A stretch of 64,000 bases of DNA from Thermoanaerobaculia bacterium. Lineage in GTDB: Bacteria > Acidobacteriota > Thermoanaerobaculia > UBA5066. Made by a program: the position numbers and the translations under genes. This document shows positions 1 through 10,951 of the stretch, in pieces; the stretch's first letter is position 1, and every line of letters begins with the position of its first letter. The notes under the pieces were generated by a model. It saw nothing but the letters and a program-made list of their open reading frames with translations, was not told where the DNA came from and did no database searches. Location: contig JBBRRY010000017.1 in NCBI GenBank assembly GCA_038245905.1, positions 7,793 to 71,792 of the forward strand, written 5' to 3'.

Positions 1-1
1 C

Positions 2-550
2 GTGCCGTTCCGCCGCCACCTCGTGTGGGAGGTCGTCAAACAGATCCGGGCGCGCGAGCACCGGGGCACGCACAAGACGAAGGTTCGCTCCGAGGTTTCG
101 GGCTCAGGCAAGAAGCCGTTCAAGCAGAAGGGCACCGGCCGCGCGCGTCAGGGCGGCGGACGCCCGCCGATCCACCGTCACGGCGGCACGGTGTTCGGGC
201 CAAGACCGCATTCGTACGACCTGAAGGTCAACGCGAAGGCGAAGAAGGCGGCTCTCTGCTGCGTTCTCTCCGAGAAGGCGCGCGGAAACCAGGTGGTCCT
301 CCTCGACACGCTCCAGCTCGGCAGCCACAAGACGAAGGACTTCGCGGGCGTGCTCGCGAAGCTCGGCATCCAAGGGAAGGCGCTCATCCTCGACCGGAAG
401 GCCAACCTCAACCTGTCCCGCGCCGCCGCGAACAACCCGAAGGTCGTCGCCCTCGACGTCCTCGGCCTCAACGTCTACGACGCGCTGAACGCCGGCACGC
501 TCGTCTTCTCCGAAGACGCGCTTCGGACGGCCATCGAGGTGCTCGCATGA
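2..550 (+). CDS. rplD: 50S ribosomal protein L4 (5' end cut by window edge)
   Basis: KKPFKQKGTGRARQGG signature of L4. Followed by L23-L2-S19 in canonical S10-operon order. Confidence 0.93.
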   Translation: MPFRRHLVWEVVKQIRAREHRGTHKTKVRSEVSGSGKKPFKQKGTGRARQGGGRPPIHRHGGTVFGPRPHSYDLKVNAKAKKAALCCVLSEKARGNQVVLLDTLQLGSHKTKDFAGVLAKLGIQGKALILDRKANLNLSRAAANNPKVVALDVLGLNVYDALNAGTLVFSEDALRTAIEVLA

Positions 551-846
551 GCGAGAGAACGATGCAGTCCGTTCTCGTGCGCCCCGTCCTCACGGAGCGC
601 TCCACGGCCATGAGCCAGGCGCAGAACGTCCTCACGTTCGACGTCGCCCGGGACGCGAACAAGATCCAGATCCGCAAAGCCGTCGAGGCCCTCTTCCAGG
701 TCAAGGTCGACGCCGTCCGCGTCGTCGCCGTGTCCGGGAAGATCAAGAAGGTCGGAAAGTCGATCGGCCGGGCCCAGGACCGAAAGAAGGCCTACGTGAA
801 GCTGGCGAAGGGCCAGAAGCTTCCGGCCCTCTTCGAAGGGGTGTAA
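547..846 (+). CDS. rplW: 50S ribosomal protein L23
   Basis: In-frame ATG at 547 inside track ORF 25..846. Product MSERTMQSVLVRPVLTERS...KKAYVKL is L23-like. ATGA overlap with the L4 stop. Confidence 0.9.
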   Translation: MSERTMQSVLVRPVLTERSTAMSQAQNVLTFDVARDANKIQIRKAVEALFQVKVDAVRVVAVSGKIKKVGKSIGRAQDRKKAYVKLAKGQKLPALFEGV

Positions 847-852
847 CGCACC

Positions 853-1674
853 ATGCCCGTAAAGTCATACAAACCCACGTCTCCCGGTCTCCGTCAGCGG
901 ACCACGTCCGACTTCTCGGAGATCACGAAGACCGGACCCGAGAAGTCGCTCACGAAGGGCAAGCTCAAGACCGGCGGCCGCGACAGCCGCGGCCATCTCA
1001 CGTCCTGGTGGCGCGGCGGCGGACACAAGAAGCGCTACCGAACGATCGATTTCAAGCGCGACAAGCACGACATCCCGGCGAAGGTCGCTTCGGTCGAGTA
1101 CGACCCGAACCGGTCCGCACACATCGCCCTTCTGAACTACGCGGACGGCGAGAAGCGTTACATCGTGGCGCCCTCGGGCCTCAAAGTCGGCCAGACGATC
1201 GTCTCCGGCGCCGCCGTCGACATCGTCGTCGGGAACGCGCTTCCGCTCAAGGCGATCCCGCTCGGCACCGTCGTGCATAACATCGAGTTCAAGCCGGGCC
1301 GCGGCGGACAGATGGCGCGGTCGGCGGGAGCCGGGGCGCAGCTCATGGCGAAGGAGGGCGTATACGCCCTTCTCCGCGTTCCGTCGGGCGAGCTCCGCCG
1401 CGTCCGCGTCGACTGTTACGCCACGATCGGACAGGTTGGAAACCTCGAGCACGAGAACATCTCCATCGGCAAGGCCGGCCGCAATCGCTGGCTCGGCTGG
1501 AAGCCGCACAACCGCGGTGTCGCGATGAACCCGGTCGACCACCCGATGGGTGGCGGCGAGGGCAAGACTTCGGGCGGACGCCATCCAACCTCGCCGTGGG
1601 GCTGGAAGACGAAGGGTAAGAAGACGCGCAACAACAAGCGGACCGACGCCTTGATCGTCAAGCGCCGCAAGTAG
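853..1674 (+). CDS. rplB: 50S ribosomal protein L2
   Basis: 273 aa with the conserved C-terminal HPMGGGEGK motif; operon position. Confidence 0.96.
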   Translation: MPVKSYKPTSPGLRQRTTSDFSEITKTGPEKSLTKGKLKTGGRDSRGHLTSWWRGGGHKKRYRTIDFKRDKHDIPAKVASVEYDPNRSAHIALLNYADGEKRYIVAPSGLKVGQTIVSGAAVDIVVGNALPLKAIPLGTVVHNIEFKPGRGGQMARSAGAGAQLMAKEGVYALLRVPSGELRRVRVDCYATIGQVGNLEHENISIGKAGRNRWLGWKPHNRGVAMNPVDHPMGGGEGKTSGGRHPTSPWGWKTKGKKTRNNKRTDALIVKRRK

Positions 1675-1689
1675 GATTCGAGGAAACAC

Positions 1690-2031
<342 letters not shown>

Positions 2032-2040
2032 GGAACGCCG

Positions 2041-2703
2041 ATGGAAGCCGTCGCACGTCTCCGCCACTACCGAGGCTCGGCCCAGAAGGTCCGCCTCGTC
2101 GCCGATCTAATCCGGATGAAGCCGGTCGGGAAAGCGCTCGCGACTCTGCGCACCACGCGAAAGAGCTGCTCGTCCGATCTCCAGAAGCTCGTCGAGTCCG
2201 CGCTCGCGAACGCCCAGCAGAACGAGTCCGGCGTCGACGCGGACGCGCTCGTCGTCGCGAAGATCCAGGTCGACGAGGCCGGACGCAAGCCTCTGCAGCG
2301 CAATTCGATGATCCGCTCGGTCTCGAACTACAAGAAGCGCTTCGCGCGCCCACGCTTCATGAGCGGCCCCCAGGGCCGCATGTGGCTCGTGCCGCGCCCG
2401 TTCTGCCACGTGACGGTCATCCTGTCGGATGCGGCCGCCGCGCGGAAGGAAGCGGGCCTCAAGGCCGAGGCGCCGAAGCCGCTCGTCAAGAAGCGCCAGG
2501 GTCGCGTCGCGGCCGCGGTCTCCGCCGCCGCACACCGCCCCGGCAAGGAGAACCGCGCGGTCGAGCGGGCGCACAAAAAGGTGGCGTCCGACGAGAAGCG
2601 CGCCGAGCGCGTGGAGGCCGCCGAGGCGAGCCACGCCGGGGACAAGAACGAGCACAACGAGAAGAAGTCGAAGAAGCCGGCGAAGCCGGAATCGGCCGGG
2701 TAA
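2041..2703 (+). CDS. rplV: 50S ribosomal protein L22 with about 100 aa Lys/Ala/Glu-rich C-terminal extension
   Basis: N-terminal half is L22-like (MEAVARLRHYRGSAQKVRLVADLIRMKPV...). At 220 aa it is about double the usual length. Confidence 0.9.
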   Translation: MEAVARLRHYRGSAQKVRLVADLIRMKPVGKALATLRTTRKSCSSDLQKLVESALANAQQNESGVDADALVVAKIQVDEAGRKPLQRNSMIRSVSNYKKRFARPRFMSGPQGRMWLVPRPFCHVTVILSDAAAARKEAGLKAEAPKPLVKKRQGRVAAAVSAAAHRPGKENRAVERAHKKVASDEKRAERVEAAEASHAGDKNEHNEKKSKKPAKPESAG

Positions 2704-2715
2704 CGGGAGAACACG

Positions 2716-3363
2716 ATGGGTCAGAAAGTCCACCCTTACGGTTTCCGCATCGGCTACAACCGCACCTGGCACTCGCGCTGGTATGCCGAGAAGGACTACC
2801 TCAAGTTCCTGCACGACGACATCAAGCTCCGTGAGGAGCTCAAGCGGGACCTGGTGAACGCGGCTGTCTCGGAGATCGAGATCGAGCGCGGGAACAAACT
2901 GAAGATCAACATCATGACCGCCCGTCCCGGCGTCATCATCGGGAAGAAGGGCGCGTCCGTGGACCAGCTGCGCGACCGCCTGCAGCAGCGGCTCGGCAAG
3001 GACATCCACGTCAACATCGTCGAGATCCAGCGTCCCGAGACCGACGCGCAGCTCGTCGCCGAGTCGATCGCGATGCAGCTCGAGCGCCGCGTTGCGTTCC
3101 GCCGCGCGATGAAGAAGGGCATGGAGTCCGCGTTCCGCTTCGGCGCGCAGGGAATCAAGATCCGATGCGGCGGCCGCTTGAACGGCGCCGAGATCGCGCG
3201 CTCGGAGTGGTACCAGGAGGGTCGCCTCCCGCTCCACACGCTCAAGGCCGATATCGACTACGGATTCGCCGAGGCGCGCACGACGTACGGAAAGATCGGC
3301 GTCAAGTGCTGGATCTACAAGGGTGACCTCCACCGCGCCAAGAGTCGCCGGAAGGTCGCGTAA
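2716..3363 (+). CDS. rpsC: 30S ribosomal protein S3
   Basis: [25 protein letters not shown]-terminus is typical of S3. Confidence 0.96.
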   Translation: MGQKVHPYGFRIGYNRTWHSRWYAEKDYLKFLHDDIKLREELKRDLVNAAVSEIEIERGNKLKINIMTARPGVIIGKKGASVDQLRDRLQQRLGKDIHVNIVEIQRPETDAQLVAESIAMQLERRVAFRRAMKKGMESAFRFGAQGIKIRCGGRLNGAEIARSEWYQEGRLPLHTLKADIDYGFAEARTTYGKIGVKCWIYKGDLHRAKSRRKVA

Positions 3364-3375
3364 GGAACAACGCTG

Positions 3376-3801
3376 ATGTTGATGCCGTCGAAGGTCAAGT
3401 ACAGGAAGCAGCAGAGAGGCCGCATGCGCGGAACTGCGTACAAGGGCTCGGAGCTCTCGTTCGGGGAGTACGGGCTGCAGGCGCTCGAGCCGGGCTGGCT
3501 CACGGCGCGCCAGATCGAGGCTGCCCGCGTAGCGGTCCAGCGCCACGTGAAGCGCGGCGGGAAGCTCTGGATCCGCGTCTTCCCCGACAAGCCGATCACG
3601 AAGAAGCCCGCGGAAACACGCATGGGTAAGGGCAAGGGCGCACCCGAAGGCTGGGTCTGCGTCATCAAGCCGGCCCGGATCATGTTCGAGATGGAAGGCG
3701 TCGACGAGAAGACGGCGCGCGAAGCATTCGGCCTCGCGGGGGACAAGATCGGGATCAAGACCCGGTTCGTCTCGCGCACTTTCCTCGCGGCGGTGAGGTA
3801 A
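3376..3801 (+). CDS. rplP: 50S ribosomal protein L16
   Basis: [19 protein letters not shown]... is L16-like. Confidence 0.96.
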   Translation: MLMPSKVKYRKQQRGRMRGTAYKGSELSFGEYGLQALEPGWLTARQIEAARVAVQRHVKRGGKLWIRVFPDKPITKKPAETRMGKGKGAPEGWVCVIKPARIMFEMEGVDEKTAREAFGLAGDKIGIKTRFVSRTFLAAVR

Positions 3802-3805
3802 GCGC

Positions 3806-4291
3806 ATGACGATGAAGATCCAGGCCATGCTCGACTGGTCTCCCGAGGAGAAGGCGGCGAAGGCGAAGGAGTGGGCCCAGTCCCTCTTCACGCTCCGTCT
3901 CCAGAAGGCCACGGGACAGCTCGAAAATCCGATGAAGATCAAGGAGCTTCGAAAAGACATCGCTCGCCTCAAGACCGCGCAGCACATGGGCGCCGTCGAG
4001 ACGGCGGCGGCGGCGGCTCACGAAGTTGCGCCCCATTCGGAGGGGACCGAAGAGAAGAGCTCTGCGAATGTGAAGAGCGCGGTGGGAACGGCGAAGCACA
4101 AGGGCCACGCGGTCGCGTCCGGCAAGGGCGCGAAGAAGCGCGCTGCGGCTGCGAAGGCGACACACAAGAAGGCGGCCGGCGCCCCTGCGAAGGCTCATTC
4201 ACCTTCTAAGAAATCTTCATCTCCGAAAGGCAAGCCCGCTGCTGCCTCGAAGAGCAAGTCCGCCCCCGCGAAGAAAAGCAAAAAGAAGTAG
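3806..4291 (+). CDS. rpmC: 50S ribosomal protein L29 with about 95 aa Ala/Lys-rich C-terminal tail
   Basis: L29 core ([28 protein letters not shown]), then a KKAA-type tail ending KKSKKK. The tail contains repeat copy A. Confidence 0.88.
   Translation: MTMKIQAMLDWSPEEKAAKAKEWAQSLFTLRLQKATGQLENPMKIKELRKDIARLKTAQHMGAVETAAAAAHEVAPHSEGTEEKSSANVKSAVGTAKHKGHAVASGKGAKKRAAAAKATHKKAAGAPAKAHSPSKKSSSPKGKPAAASKSKSAPAKKSKKK
4198..4224 (+). repeat. CT-rich dispersed element, copy A (in the rpmC tail, encodes SPSKKSSSP)
   Basis: TTCACCTTCTAAGAAATCTTCATCTCC. Contains the exact 11-mer CCTTCTAAGAA. Confidence 0.8.
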
Positions 4292-4307
4292 TTCGTAACA
4301 GGAAGCA

Positions 4308-4730
4308 GTGAGCACGATCATGAGCAGCACCCCGAATCCCCAGCCGACGCCGGCGGCCGGCGCGTCCGCGGCCGACCAGCCGCGGCGCACCCGCAAGATC
4401 GGGATCGTCGTCTCGAACAAGATGGAGAAGACGGTCGTCGTCGAGGTTTCGCGCACCGTCAAGCACGAGCGCTACGGCCGCTACCAGAAGAAGTCCGCGC
4501 GCTTCCTGGCGGACGACCGTGTTCTCAAGGCGCTGCCCGGCGACACGGTTCAGATCGAGGAGACGCGTCCGCTGTCGGCCCGCAAGCGCTGGCGGGTGAT
4601 CACGATCGTGACGAGGGGCCGCCAGGCGGTTTCCGACACGGCCGACGTTCCGGGCAGTGCGAAGAAGATCGCGCCGAAGTCGGTCCCCGATAAGAAGCTG
4701 GCGGGTAAGCCGGCGAAGAGGCAGTCATGA
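4308..4730 (+). CDS. rpsQ: 30S ribosomal protein S17 with N- and C-terminal extensions
   Basis: Core [42 protein letters not shown] is S17-like. GTG 4308 or ATG 4320 are both possible starts. Confidence 0.9.
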   Translation: MSTIMSSTPNPQPTPAAGASAADQPRRTRKIGIVVSNKMEKTVVVEVSRTVKHERYGRYQKKSARFLADDRVLKALPGDTVQIEETRPLSARKRWRVITIVTRGRQAVSDTADVPGSAKKIAPKSVPDKKLAGKPAKRQS

Positions 4731-5101
4731 TCCAGATGGGGACGATTCTCGAAGTCGCCGACAACTCGGGTGCCCGCCGGCTCTTCTGCATCAAGGTGCA
4801 GGGCGGGTCGACCGGCGACTACGGCCGCATCGGCGACGTCATCACCTGCTCGGTGAAGGAGTCGAATCCCGACGCGCCGGACACGGTCAAGAAGGGCAAG
4901 GTCGTCAAAGCCGTCATCGTGCGCACGGTTCGCGAGCAGCGGCGCCGCGACGGCAGCTACATCAAGTTCGACACGAACGCCGCCGTCCTCGTCAACGCCG
5001 AAAAAGAGCCGATCGGAACCCGTGTGTTCGGGCCGGTCGCTCGTGAGCTCCGCGAGAAGAAATTCATGAAGATCATCTCGCTGGCTCCGGAAGTCATCTG
5101 A
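4727..5101 (+). CDS. rplN: 50S ribosomal protein L14
   Basis: [24 protein letters not shown] is L14-like. Confidence 0.96.
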   Translation: MIQMGTILEVADNSGARRLFCIKVQGGSTGDYGRIGDVITCSVKESNPDAPDTVKKGKVVKAVIVRTVREQRRRDGSYIKFDTNAAVLVNAEKEPIGTRVFGPVARELREKKFMKIISLAPEVI

Positions 5102-5102
5102 C

Positions 5103-5468
5103 ATGAAGAAAAAGCAGCCGACATACTCCGGAAAGCGCCGGATTCGCAAGGACGACCTCGTGGTCGTCCTCACGGGGAAAGACCGCGGGGCCCAGGGGAA
5201 GATCCTCAAGATGCTGCCCGACAAGGGCCGCGCCGTCGTCGAGGGCGTGAACAAGATCAAGCGGGCCACGCGCGCGAATCCACAGAAGAACATCAAGGGC
5301 GGCATCCTCGAGCGCGAGGCGCCGATCGCCCTCTCCAACCTCATGCTCGTCGACCCCGAGGGCGGCAAGCCGACGCGCGTGGGAATCCGCCCGGAAGGCG
5401 GGGAGTGGGTGCGCTACGCCAAGAAGAGCAGGACGACCATCGGCACGCTCCGGCCGGCGGGCGAGTGA
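5103..5468 (+). CDS. rplX: 50S ribosomal protein L24
   Basis: KOW-type motif [23 protein letters not shown]; operon position. Confidence 0.94.
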   Translation: MKKKQPTYSGKRRIRKDDLVVVLTGKDRGAQGKILKMLPDKGRAVVEGVNKIKRATRANPQKNIKGGILEREAPIALSNLMLVDPEGGKPTRVGIRPEGGEWVRYAKKSRTTIGTLRPAGE

Positions 5469-5475
5469 GGAGAGC

Positions 5476-6021
5476 ATGAGCACGCCGCGTCTCGCAGAGA
5501 AGTACCGAAAAGAAGTCGTTCCGGTCCTCAAGAAGGAGTTCGGGATCGACAATCCGATGGCGGTTCCGAAGGTCGAGAAGGTCGTCCTCAACATGGGGAT
5601 CGGCGAAGCGATCACGAACGCGAAGCTCGTCGACACCGCCGCCGAGGAGCTCACGAAGATCGCCGGCCAGCGAGCCGTCGTGACCAAGGCGAAGAAGTCC
5701 ATCGCCACGTTCAAGCTGCGCGCGGGCATGCCGATCGGCTGCCGCGTCACGCTGCGCGGCGATCGGATGTACGAGTTCCTGGACCGCCTCATGAACGTCG
5801 CGCTTCCCAGGGTCCGCGACTTCCGCGGCGTGCCGACGCGCGCCTTCGACGGCCGGGGCAACTACACGCTCGGCGTCAAGGATCACCTCATCTTCCCCGA
5901 GATCGACCCCACGAAAATCGACAAGTCCAAGGGTCTCAACGTCACCATCGTCACGACGGCAGGCTCGGATGACCGGGCCCGGGTTCTTCTGAAGGAACTC
6001 GGAATGCCGTTCGGCCGATAG
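5476..6021 (+). CDS. rplE: 50S ribosomal protein L5
   Basis: [41 protein letters not shown] is L5-like. Confidence 0.96.
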   Translation: MSTPRLAEKYRKEVVPVLKKEFGIDNPMAVPKVEKVVLNMGIGEAITNAKLVDTAAEELTKIAGQRAVVTKAKKSIATFKLRAGMPIGCRVTLRGDRMYEFLDRLMNVALPRVRDFRGVPTRAFDGRGNYTLGVKDHLIFPEIDPTKIDKSKGLNVTIVTTAGSDDRARVLLKELGMPFGR

Positions 6022-6040
6022 CAAGTCAAGGAGCGCAGGC

Positions 6041-6226
6041 ATGGCTCGTCGCGCCGCGATCATCAAGGCAAATTCAAAACTGAAGTACGCGATCCGCAAG
6101 CGAAACCGCTGCATGCGCTGCGGGCGTCCGCGGGCGTTTCTTCGCAAGTTCGGCTTGTGCCGCATTTGCTTCCGGAACCTCGCGCTCGCGGGCTACGTGC
6201 CCGGAGTGACGAAGGCGTCGTGGTGA
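6041..6226 (+). CDS. rpsN: 30S ribosomal protein S14, short zinc-binding type
   Basis: 61 aa with CMRCGRP...CRIC cysteine pairs. Confidence 0.94.
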   Translation: MARRAAIIKANSKLKYAIRKRNRCMRCGRPRAFLRKFGLCRICFRNLALAGYVPGVTKASW

Positions 6227-6236
6227 GGAGGGGACG

Positions 6237-6635
6237 ATGAACATCAGCGATCCCGTCTCCGATCTCCTCGCGCGCCTCCGGAACGCGCTGTCGGCCCGGC
6301 ACGAGAAGGCTGACGTCCCATCGTCGCGCTTCAAGGTCGAGCTGGCCCGCATCCTCAAGGATGAGGGTTACATCAAGAACTTCAAGGTCATGGACGACCG
6401 GGGCGGAAGCCTCCTCCGGCTTTACCTGAAGTACGACGACGCAGGGAACCCGGTCATCCACGGGTTGACGCGATCGAGCAAGCCCGGCCGCCGCCTGTAT
6501 GCCGGCAAGGACGAGCTTCCGGAGGTCCTCGGCGGCCTCGGCGTCGCCATCGTCTCCACCTCGCAGGGCCTCCTCTCCGGCAACGACGCGAAAAAGCGCG
6601 GCGTTGGCGGCGAAGTCGTCTGCACGGTGTGGTGA
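6237..6635 (+). CDS. rpsH: 30S ribosomal protein S8
   Basis: DPVSDLLARLRNA...GGEVVCTVW is S8-like. Confidence 0.96.
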   Translation: MNISDPVSDLLARLRNALSARHEKADVPSSRFKVELARILKDEGYIKNFKVMDDRGGSLLRLYLKYDDAGNPVIHGLTRSSKPGRRLYAGKDELPEVLGGLGVAIVSTSQGLLSGNDAKKRGVGGEVVCTVW

Positions 6636-6644
6636 GGAACGCAT

Positions 6645-7202
6645 ATGTCGCGAGTCGGTAAGAAACCCATCACCATTCCCAAGGGAGTGGACGTCCAGGT
6701 CGCGGGCTCGACCGTCACCGTCAAGGGGCCGAAGGGCTCCGTCGTGACGCCGATCCTCGCGGGCATCTCGATCGAGAACAAGAGCGGCATTCTCAGCCTC
6801 ATGCGCCGCGGCGAGGAGAAGAAGGACAAGGCCCTCCATGGACTGAACCGCGCGCTCCTCCAGAACGCCGTGAAGGGCGTGACCGAGGGCTTCAAGCGGG
6901 AGATCGATCTCGTCGGAATCGGCTTCAAGGCCGAGAAGAAGGCCAAAGAAGTCGTGTTCTCCGTAGGCTTTTCCCACCAGGTGAAATTCCCCGTGCCGGA
7001 GGGAATCACGATCGACGTGGCGCCCGACGCGAAAGCCAAGGACATCACGCACGTCATCGTGACCGGCGTCGACAAGCAGAAGGTCGGACAGACGGCCACC
7101 GAGATTCGCGGCATTCGTCCGCCGGACCCGTACAAACTGAAGGGATTCCGCTTTGTCGGCGAAATCCTGAAGAAGAAGGCCGGCAAGGCCACGGGCAAGT
7201 AA
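6645..7202 (+). CDS. rplF: 50S ribosomal protein L6
   Basis: [17 protein letters not shown] is L6-like. Confidence 0.96.
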   Translation: MSRVGKKPITIPKGVDVQVAGSTVTVKGPKGSVVTPILAGISIENKSGILSLMRRGEEKKDKALHGLNRALLQNAVKGVTEGFKREIDLVGIGFKAEKKAKEVVFSVGFSHQVKFPVPEGITIDVAPDAKAKDITHVIVTGVDKQKVGQTATEIRGIRPPDPYKLKGFRFVGEILKKKAGKATGK

Positions 7203-7221
7203 GGTTAAGGAAGCAGGAACC

Positions 7222-7590
7222 ATGGACAAGGCAAGAGCCCGGGTCGAAGCGAAAACGCGCATCCATGCGCGCATCCGGCAGAAGGTCAAGGGCACGGCCG
7301 CGCGGCCGCGTCTCGCGGTGTCCCGCACCCTTCGCTGGATCTCCGTTCAGGTCATCGACGACGCCGCCGGTGCGACGCTCGCCCACGCGACGTCGCGCGA
7401 GGAAGGCGTGCGCGGAAAAGCGAAGAGCGCGGCCAACAAGACGGCCGCCGTCAAGGTGGGGACGCTCATCGCCGAGCGCGCCCAGGCCAAGGGGATTCAG
7501 GCGGTCGTGTTCGACCGCGGCGGCCATCTCTACCACGGCAACGTGAAAGCGCTCGCGGAAGCCGCCCGCGAGAAGGGGTTGAAGTTTTGA
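7222..7590 (+). CDS. rplR: 50S ribosomal protein L18
   Basis: [20 protein letters not shown]...[27 protein letters not shown] is L18-like. Confidence 0.95.
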   Translation: MDKARARVEAKTRIHARIRQKVKGTAARPRLAVSRTLRWISVQVIDDAAGATLAHATSREEGVRGKAKSAANKTAAVKVGTLIAERAQAKGIQAVVFDRGGHLYHGNVKALAEAAREKGLKF

Positions 7591-8261
7591 GCAGCACTCC
7601 GCCAGCCAATCGTCCTCCGCGCCCGAACCGTCCCGGCGGCCGCTCCGGCGGTCCCGGCGGCCCGCCCCAGCGCCCCGCCGGCGCTCTCGGTGAAGGCCGC
7701 GCGGGAGCCGACCTCATCGACCACGTCGTCCACATCAACCGCGTCACGAAGGTCGTAAAAGGCGGCAAGAACTTCTCGTTCTCGGCCCTCGTCGTCGTGG
7801 GCGACGGGCATGGCCGCGTCGGCTATGGTGCCGGCAAGGCGAAGGAAGTCCCGATGGCCATCAAGAAGGGCATCGAGATGGCGAAGAAGAAGATGATCAG
7901 CGTCCCCCTGAAGGGCAAGACGATCCCGCATCCGATCGTCGGCCACTACGGCGCCGGCCGGGTCATGCTGAAGCCGGCTTCCGAAGGCACGGGCGTCATC
8001 GCAGGCGGTGCCGTCCGCGCGGTGCTCGAGTCGGCCGGAGTCCAGAACATCCTCACGAAGTCCCTCGGCACGACGAACCCGCACAACGTCGTCAAGGCCA
8101 CGTTCGACGCGCTGCTGCACCTGCAGCTCGAGTCGACGATCGCCCGGGCGCGCGGCCTGGGCAGCAACGAGCCGAAGGCCGCCGAACCCGTGACTGCGCT
8201 CGCGCCCACAACGGCGCTCGCGCCGGCCGTGGACGTCGATGCCACGGAGAAAATCGGATGA
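7587..8261 (+). CDS. rpsE: 30S ribosomal protein S5 with Pro/Gly-rich N-terminal and Ala/Pro-rich C-terminal extensions
   Basis: Core [47 protein letters not shown]. The TTG start at 7587 is uncertain. Confidence 0.9.
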   Translation: MSSTPPANRPPRPNRPGGRSGGPGGPPQRPAGALGEGRAGADLIDHVVHINRVTKVVKGGKNFSFSALVVVGDGHGRVGYGAGKAKEVPMAIKKGIEMAKKKMISVPLKGKTIPHPIVGHYGAGRVMLKPASEGTGVIAGGAVRAVLESAGVQNILTKSLGTTNPHNVVKATFDALLHLQLESTIARARGLGSNEPKAAEPVTALAPTTALAPAVDVDATEKIG

Positions 8262-8509
8262 GCGAAGCGCAGAAAAAAGAGAAGAAAAAGCCCACGGCCG
8301 CCGCGAAGGCGGTGGCTCCGAAGCACATTCGCATTCGCCAGATCAAGTCTGGCATCTGCACGCCCGTCGACCAGAAACAGACTCTCTTCGGGCTCGGCCT
8401 CCGCCGCATCAGGCAGGAAGTCGTCCGCCTCGACACCCCGGCGATCCGGGGCCAGGTCCACAAAGTCCGCCACCTCGTCGAAATCGTCGAGGGCGGCGCG
8501 GCGAGGTAA
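8258..8509 (+). CDS. rpmD: 50S ribosomal protein L30 with Lys-rich N-terminal extension
   Basis: [28 protein letters not shown] core is L30-like. Confidence 0.92.
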   Translation: MSEAQKKEKKKPTAAAKAVAPKHIRIRQIKSGICTPVDQKQTLFGLGLRRIRQEVVRLDTPAIRGQVHKVRHLVEIVEGGAAR

Positions 8510-8512
8510 CGC

Positions 8513-8974
8513 ATGTCGCACGTGTCGCACGGACTCCACAACCTCGGGCCCCGCAAGGGCGCGACCCAGACGAAAAAGCGAGTTGGCCGCGGTCCTGGCT
8601 CCGGTCTCGGCAAGACGTCGGGCAAGGGCCACAAAGGCCAGAACTCGCGCAGCGGCTATTCGCATCTGCGCGGCCACGAAGGCGGACAGAACCCGCTCCA
8701 CCGCCGGCTTCCGAAGCGCGGCTTCACGAACATTTTCCGCAAGGAGTGGACGACGGTCAGCGTCGAGGCTCTCGAGCGTATGTTCAAGGCGGGTGACGCG
8801 GTCACCCTCGAGGCCCTCAAGAGCGCTGGAGTCAAGAAGACGAGCCAGGGCGTGAAGGTTCTCGGCTCGGGCGAGCTCAAGAAGGCGCTCGTCGTCTCCG
8901 CGCACCACTTCACGGAAGGCGCGAAGAAGAAGATCGAAGCCGCCGGCGGCCGCTGCGAGGTCGTGGCTCGGTAA
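8513..8974 (+). CDS. rplO: 50S ribosomal protein L15
   Basis: [28 protein letters not shown] is L15-like. Confidence 0.95.
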   Translation: MSHVSHGLHNLGPRKGATQTKKRVGRGPGSGLGKTSGKGHKGQNSRSGYSHLRGHEGGQNPLHRRLPKRGFTNIFRKEWTTVSVEALERMFKAGDAVTLEALKSAGVKKTSQGVKVLGSGELKKALVVSAHHFTEGAKKKIEAAGGRCEVVAR

Positions 8975-10377
8975 TGCAGATCCTCGAGTCGTTCCGCAAC
9001 ATTTTCGCGATCCCGGACCTGAGGAAACGTGTCCTCTTCACGTTCGGGCTGCTTGCGATCTACCGGATCGGTTCGCACATCCCGACGCCCGGTCTCGACG
9101 CGTCCGCCCTCGAAGAGTTCTTCAAGGCGAGCGCCGGGGGGCTGCTCGGCTTCCTCGACGTGTTCTCGGGCGGGGCGCTCCGGCGGCTGTCCGTGTTCGC
9201 GCTCGGCATCACGCCATACATCACGGCGTCGATCATCCTTCAGCTCCTGACGGTCGTCTGGCCCTACCTCGAGAAGCTCTCGAAGGAAGGAGAGATGGGA
9301 CGCCGGAAGATCACGCAGTACACGCGCTACGGCACGGTCATCCTCTCGGTCGTCCAGGGGACCGGCATCTCGCTCTGGCTCTGGAGCCAGACGACGCCGA
9401 GCGGGCGGTTCCTCGCGCTGCGCGACCCGGGATCGGACGCGGGCAAGCTCGGGTTCGTCCTCATGGCGATCCTGACGCTCACGACGGGCACGGCGTTCGT
9501 CATGTGGCTCGGCGAGCAGATAACGGAACGAGGAATCGGTAACGGGATTTCGCTGATCATCTTCGCAGGCATCGTCGCCGGGTTCCCGGGCGCGGTCATC
9601 AACTCGATCCAGCAGGTCCAGCGCGGCGCCATGTCGCTCTTCACGGGGCTCATCCTCCTCGTCTTCATGATCGGGGTGGTTGCGGCAATCGTCTTCGTCG
9701 AGCGCGCCCAGCGGCGCATCCCGGTGCAATACGCAAAACGCGTCGTCGGCCGGAAGGTCTACGGAGGCCAGAACACGTACCTGCCCCTGCGCGTGAACAC
9801 GGGCGGCGTCATCCCGATCATTTTCGCGGTCTCGATCATCCAGTTCCCGCAGTACATCGCGTCCGCGTTCAAGAGCGACTTCATGAAGAAGATCGCCGAG
9901 CAGCTCTCCATCGGGCAGCCGCTCTACAACCTCTTCTATGCGCTCGGCATCATCTTCTTCTGCTACTTCTACATTTCGATCATCTTCAACCCGAACGACA
10001 CGGCCGAGAACATGCGCAAGTACGGCGGCTTCATCCCGGGCATCCGCCCCGGAAAGGCCACGTCGGACTACATCGACAACGTGCTCACGCGCATCACCCT
10101 CATCGGCGCTCTCTATCTCGTGGTCGTCGCCCTCATCCCCGAGTTCCTCACGATGGGCTTCAAGGTGCAGGGCATTCCGGGCATCGGCCCGTGGCTCGAC
10201 GGGCACCTGCCCGCGTTCGTGACGCAGGGCCTCGGCATCACGTTCTTCTTCGGCGGCACGTCGCTTCTCATCGTCGTGGGCGTCGCCATGGACACGGTCC
10301 AGCAAGTGGAGTCGCAGCTCGTCATGCGTAACTACGATGGCTTCCTCAAGAAGGGCCGCATCCGGGGGCGTCGCTGA
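8974..10377 (+). CDS. secY: Preprotein translocase subunit SecY
   Basis: 467 aa polytopic membrane protein. LLAIYRIGSHIPTPG and GITPYITASIILQLL motifs. TAATG overlap with the rplO stop. Confidence 0.96.
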   Translation: MQILESFRNIFAIPDLRKRVLFTFGLLAIYRIGSHIPTPGLDASALEEFFKASAGGLLGFLDVFSGGALRRLSVFALGITPYITASIILQLLTVVWPYLEKLSKEGEMGRRKITQYTRYGTVILSVVQGTGISLWLWSQTTPSGRFLALRDPGSDAGKLGFVLMAILTLTTGTAFVMWLGEQITERGIGNGISLIIFAGIVAGFPGAVINSIQQVQRGAMSLFTGLILLVFMIGVVAAIVFVERAQRRIPVQYAKRVVGRKVYGGQNTYLPLRVNTGGVIPIIFAVSIIQFPQYIASAFKSDFMKKIAEQLSIGQPLYNLFYALGIIFFCYFYISIIFNPNDTAENMRKYGGFIPGIRPGKATSDYIDNVLTRITLIGALYLVVVALIPEFLTMGFKVQGIPGIGPWLDGHLPAFVTQGLGITFFFGGTSLLIVVGVAMDTVQQVESQLVMRNYDGFLKKGRIRGRR

Positions 10378-10381
10378 CGAC

Positions 10382-10951
10382 ATGCCATCCGCCGTCGTTT
10401 TCTTCGGCCCTCCCGGCTCGGGAAAGGGGACTCAGGCGTCGCGGCTCGCGGCGTCGCTGGGGATTCCCCAGGTCTCGACCGGAGACCTCCTCCGGAGTCA
10501 CGTCTCACGGGGAACGGCGCTCGGCGGAATCGCGAAACCCATCATGGAGTCGGGCGCGCTCGTGCCGGACGATCTCGTGACGAAGATGCTGAAAGAGCGG
10601 CTCGCCGAGGCCGACGCGAAAAGCGGGGCGATTTTCGACGGGTATCCGAGAACGGTCGCACAGGCCCAGTCTCTCGAGGCGCTCCTCGAGGGCGCCGGCG
10701 GCCGCGTGAACCCGGTGCTCTTCATCGACGTGCCCGACACAACGCTCGTCGACCGGTTGCTCAAGCGCGCCACCCTAGAAGGTCGTGCGGACGACACGAA
10801 GGAGACAATCGCCGAGCGGCTGCGCGTGTATCGCGAGAAGACGGCGCCGCTTGCCGACCTCTACGCGAAGGCCGGTGTTCTCGTGAAGATCGATGGCGAC
10901 CGCTCCGTCGAGGCCGTCGCGGTGGACGTGCGCCGGGCGGTGATCGCGTGA
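10382..10951 (+). CDS. adk: Adenylate kinase
   Basis: P-loop FFGPPGSGKGTQ. I take the ATG at 10382 rather than the longer track start at 10337. Confidence 0.92.
   Translation: MPSAVVFFGPPGSGKGTQASRLAASLGIPQVSTGDLLRSHVSRGTALGGIAKPIMESGALVPDDLVTKMLKERLAEADAKSGAIFDGYPRTVAQAQSLEALLEGAGGRVNPVLFIDVPDTTLVDRLLKRATLEGRADDTKETIAERLRVYREKTAPLADLYAKAGVLVKIDGDRSVEAVAVDVRRAVIA

Noticed and set aside
25-546. Upstream 174 codons of track ORF 25..846.
   Set aside because: This is an out-of-frame overlap of rplD. Only the segment from ATG 547 matches L23.
2107-3987. 626-aa minus-strand ORF antisense to rplV-rpsC-rplP-rpmC.
   Set aside because: This is a typical GC-driven shadow ORF. It is Arg/Ala/Leu/Asp-rich with no recognisable motifs, and it is fully covered by highly conserved ribosomal protein genes on the other strand. 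The same reasoning rejects 865..1896(-), 5341..6165(-), 6063..7328(-), 7946..8908(-), 8656..10383(-), 10861..12117(-), 12108..13736(-) and 13752..15026(-).
10337-10381. Longer N-terminal extensions offered by the track for adk (10337), cysS (20073), def (18428), acpS (16533), hisH (27357), hisA (28562), hisF (29149), trpG (32165), the epimerase (49043), mpg (48568) and the FecR-like gene (18642).
   Set aside because: The extensions overlap upstream genes and lack homology. Conserved N-termini begin at the internal ATG, GTG or TTG codons used in the feature list, usually with 4-nt start/stop coupling.
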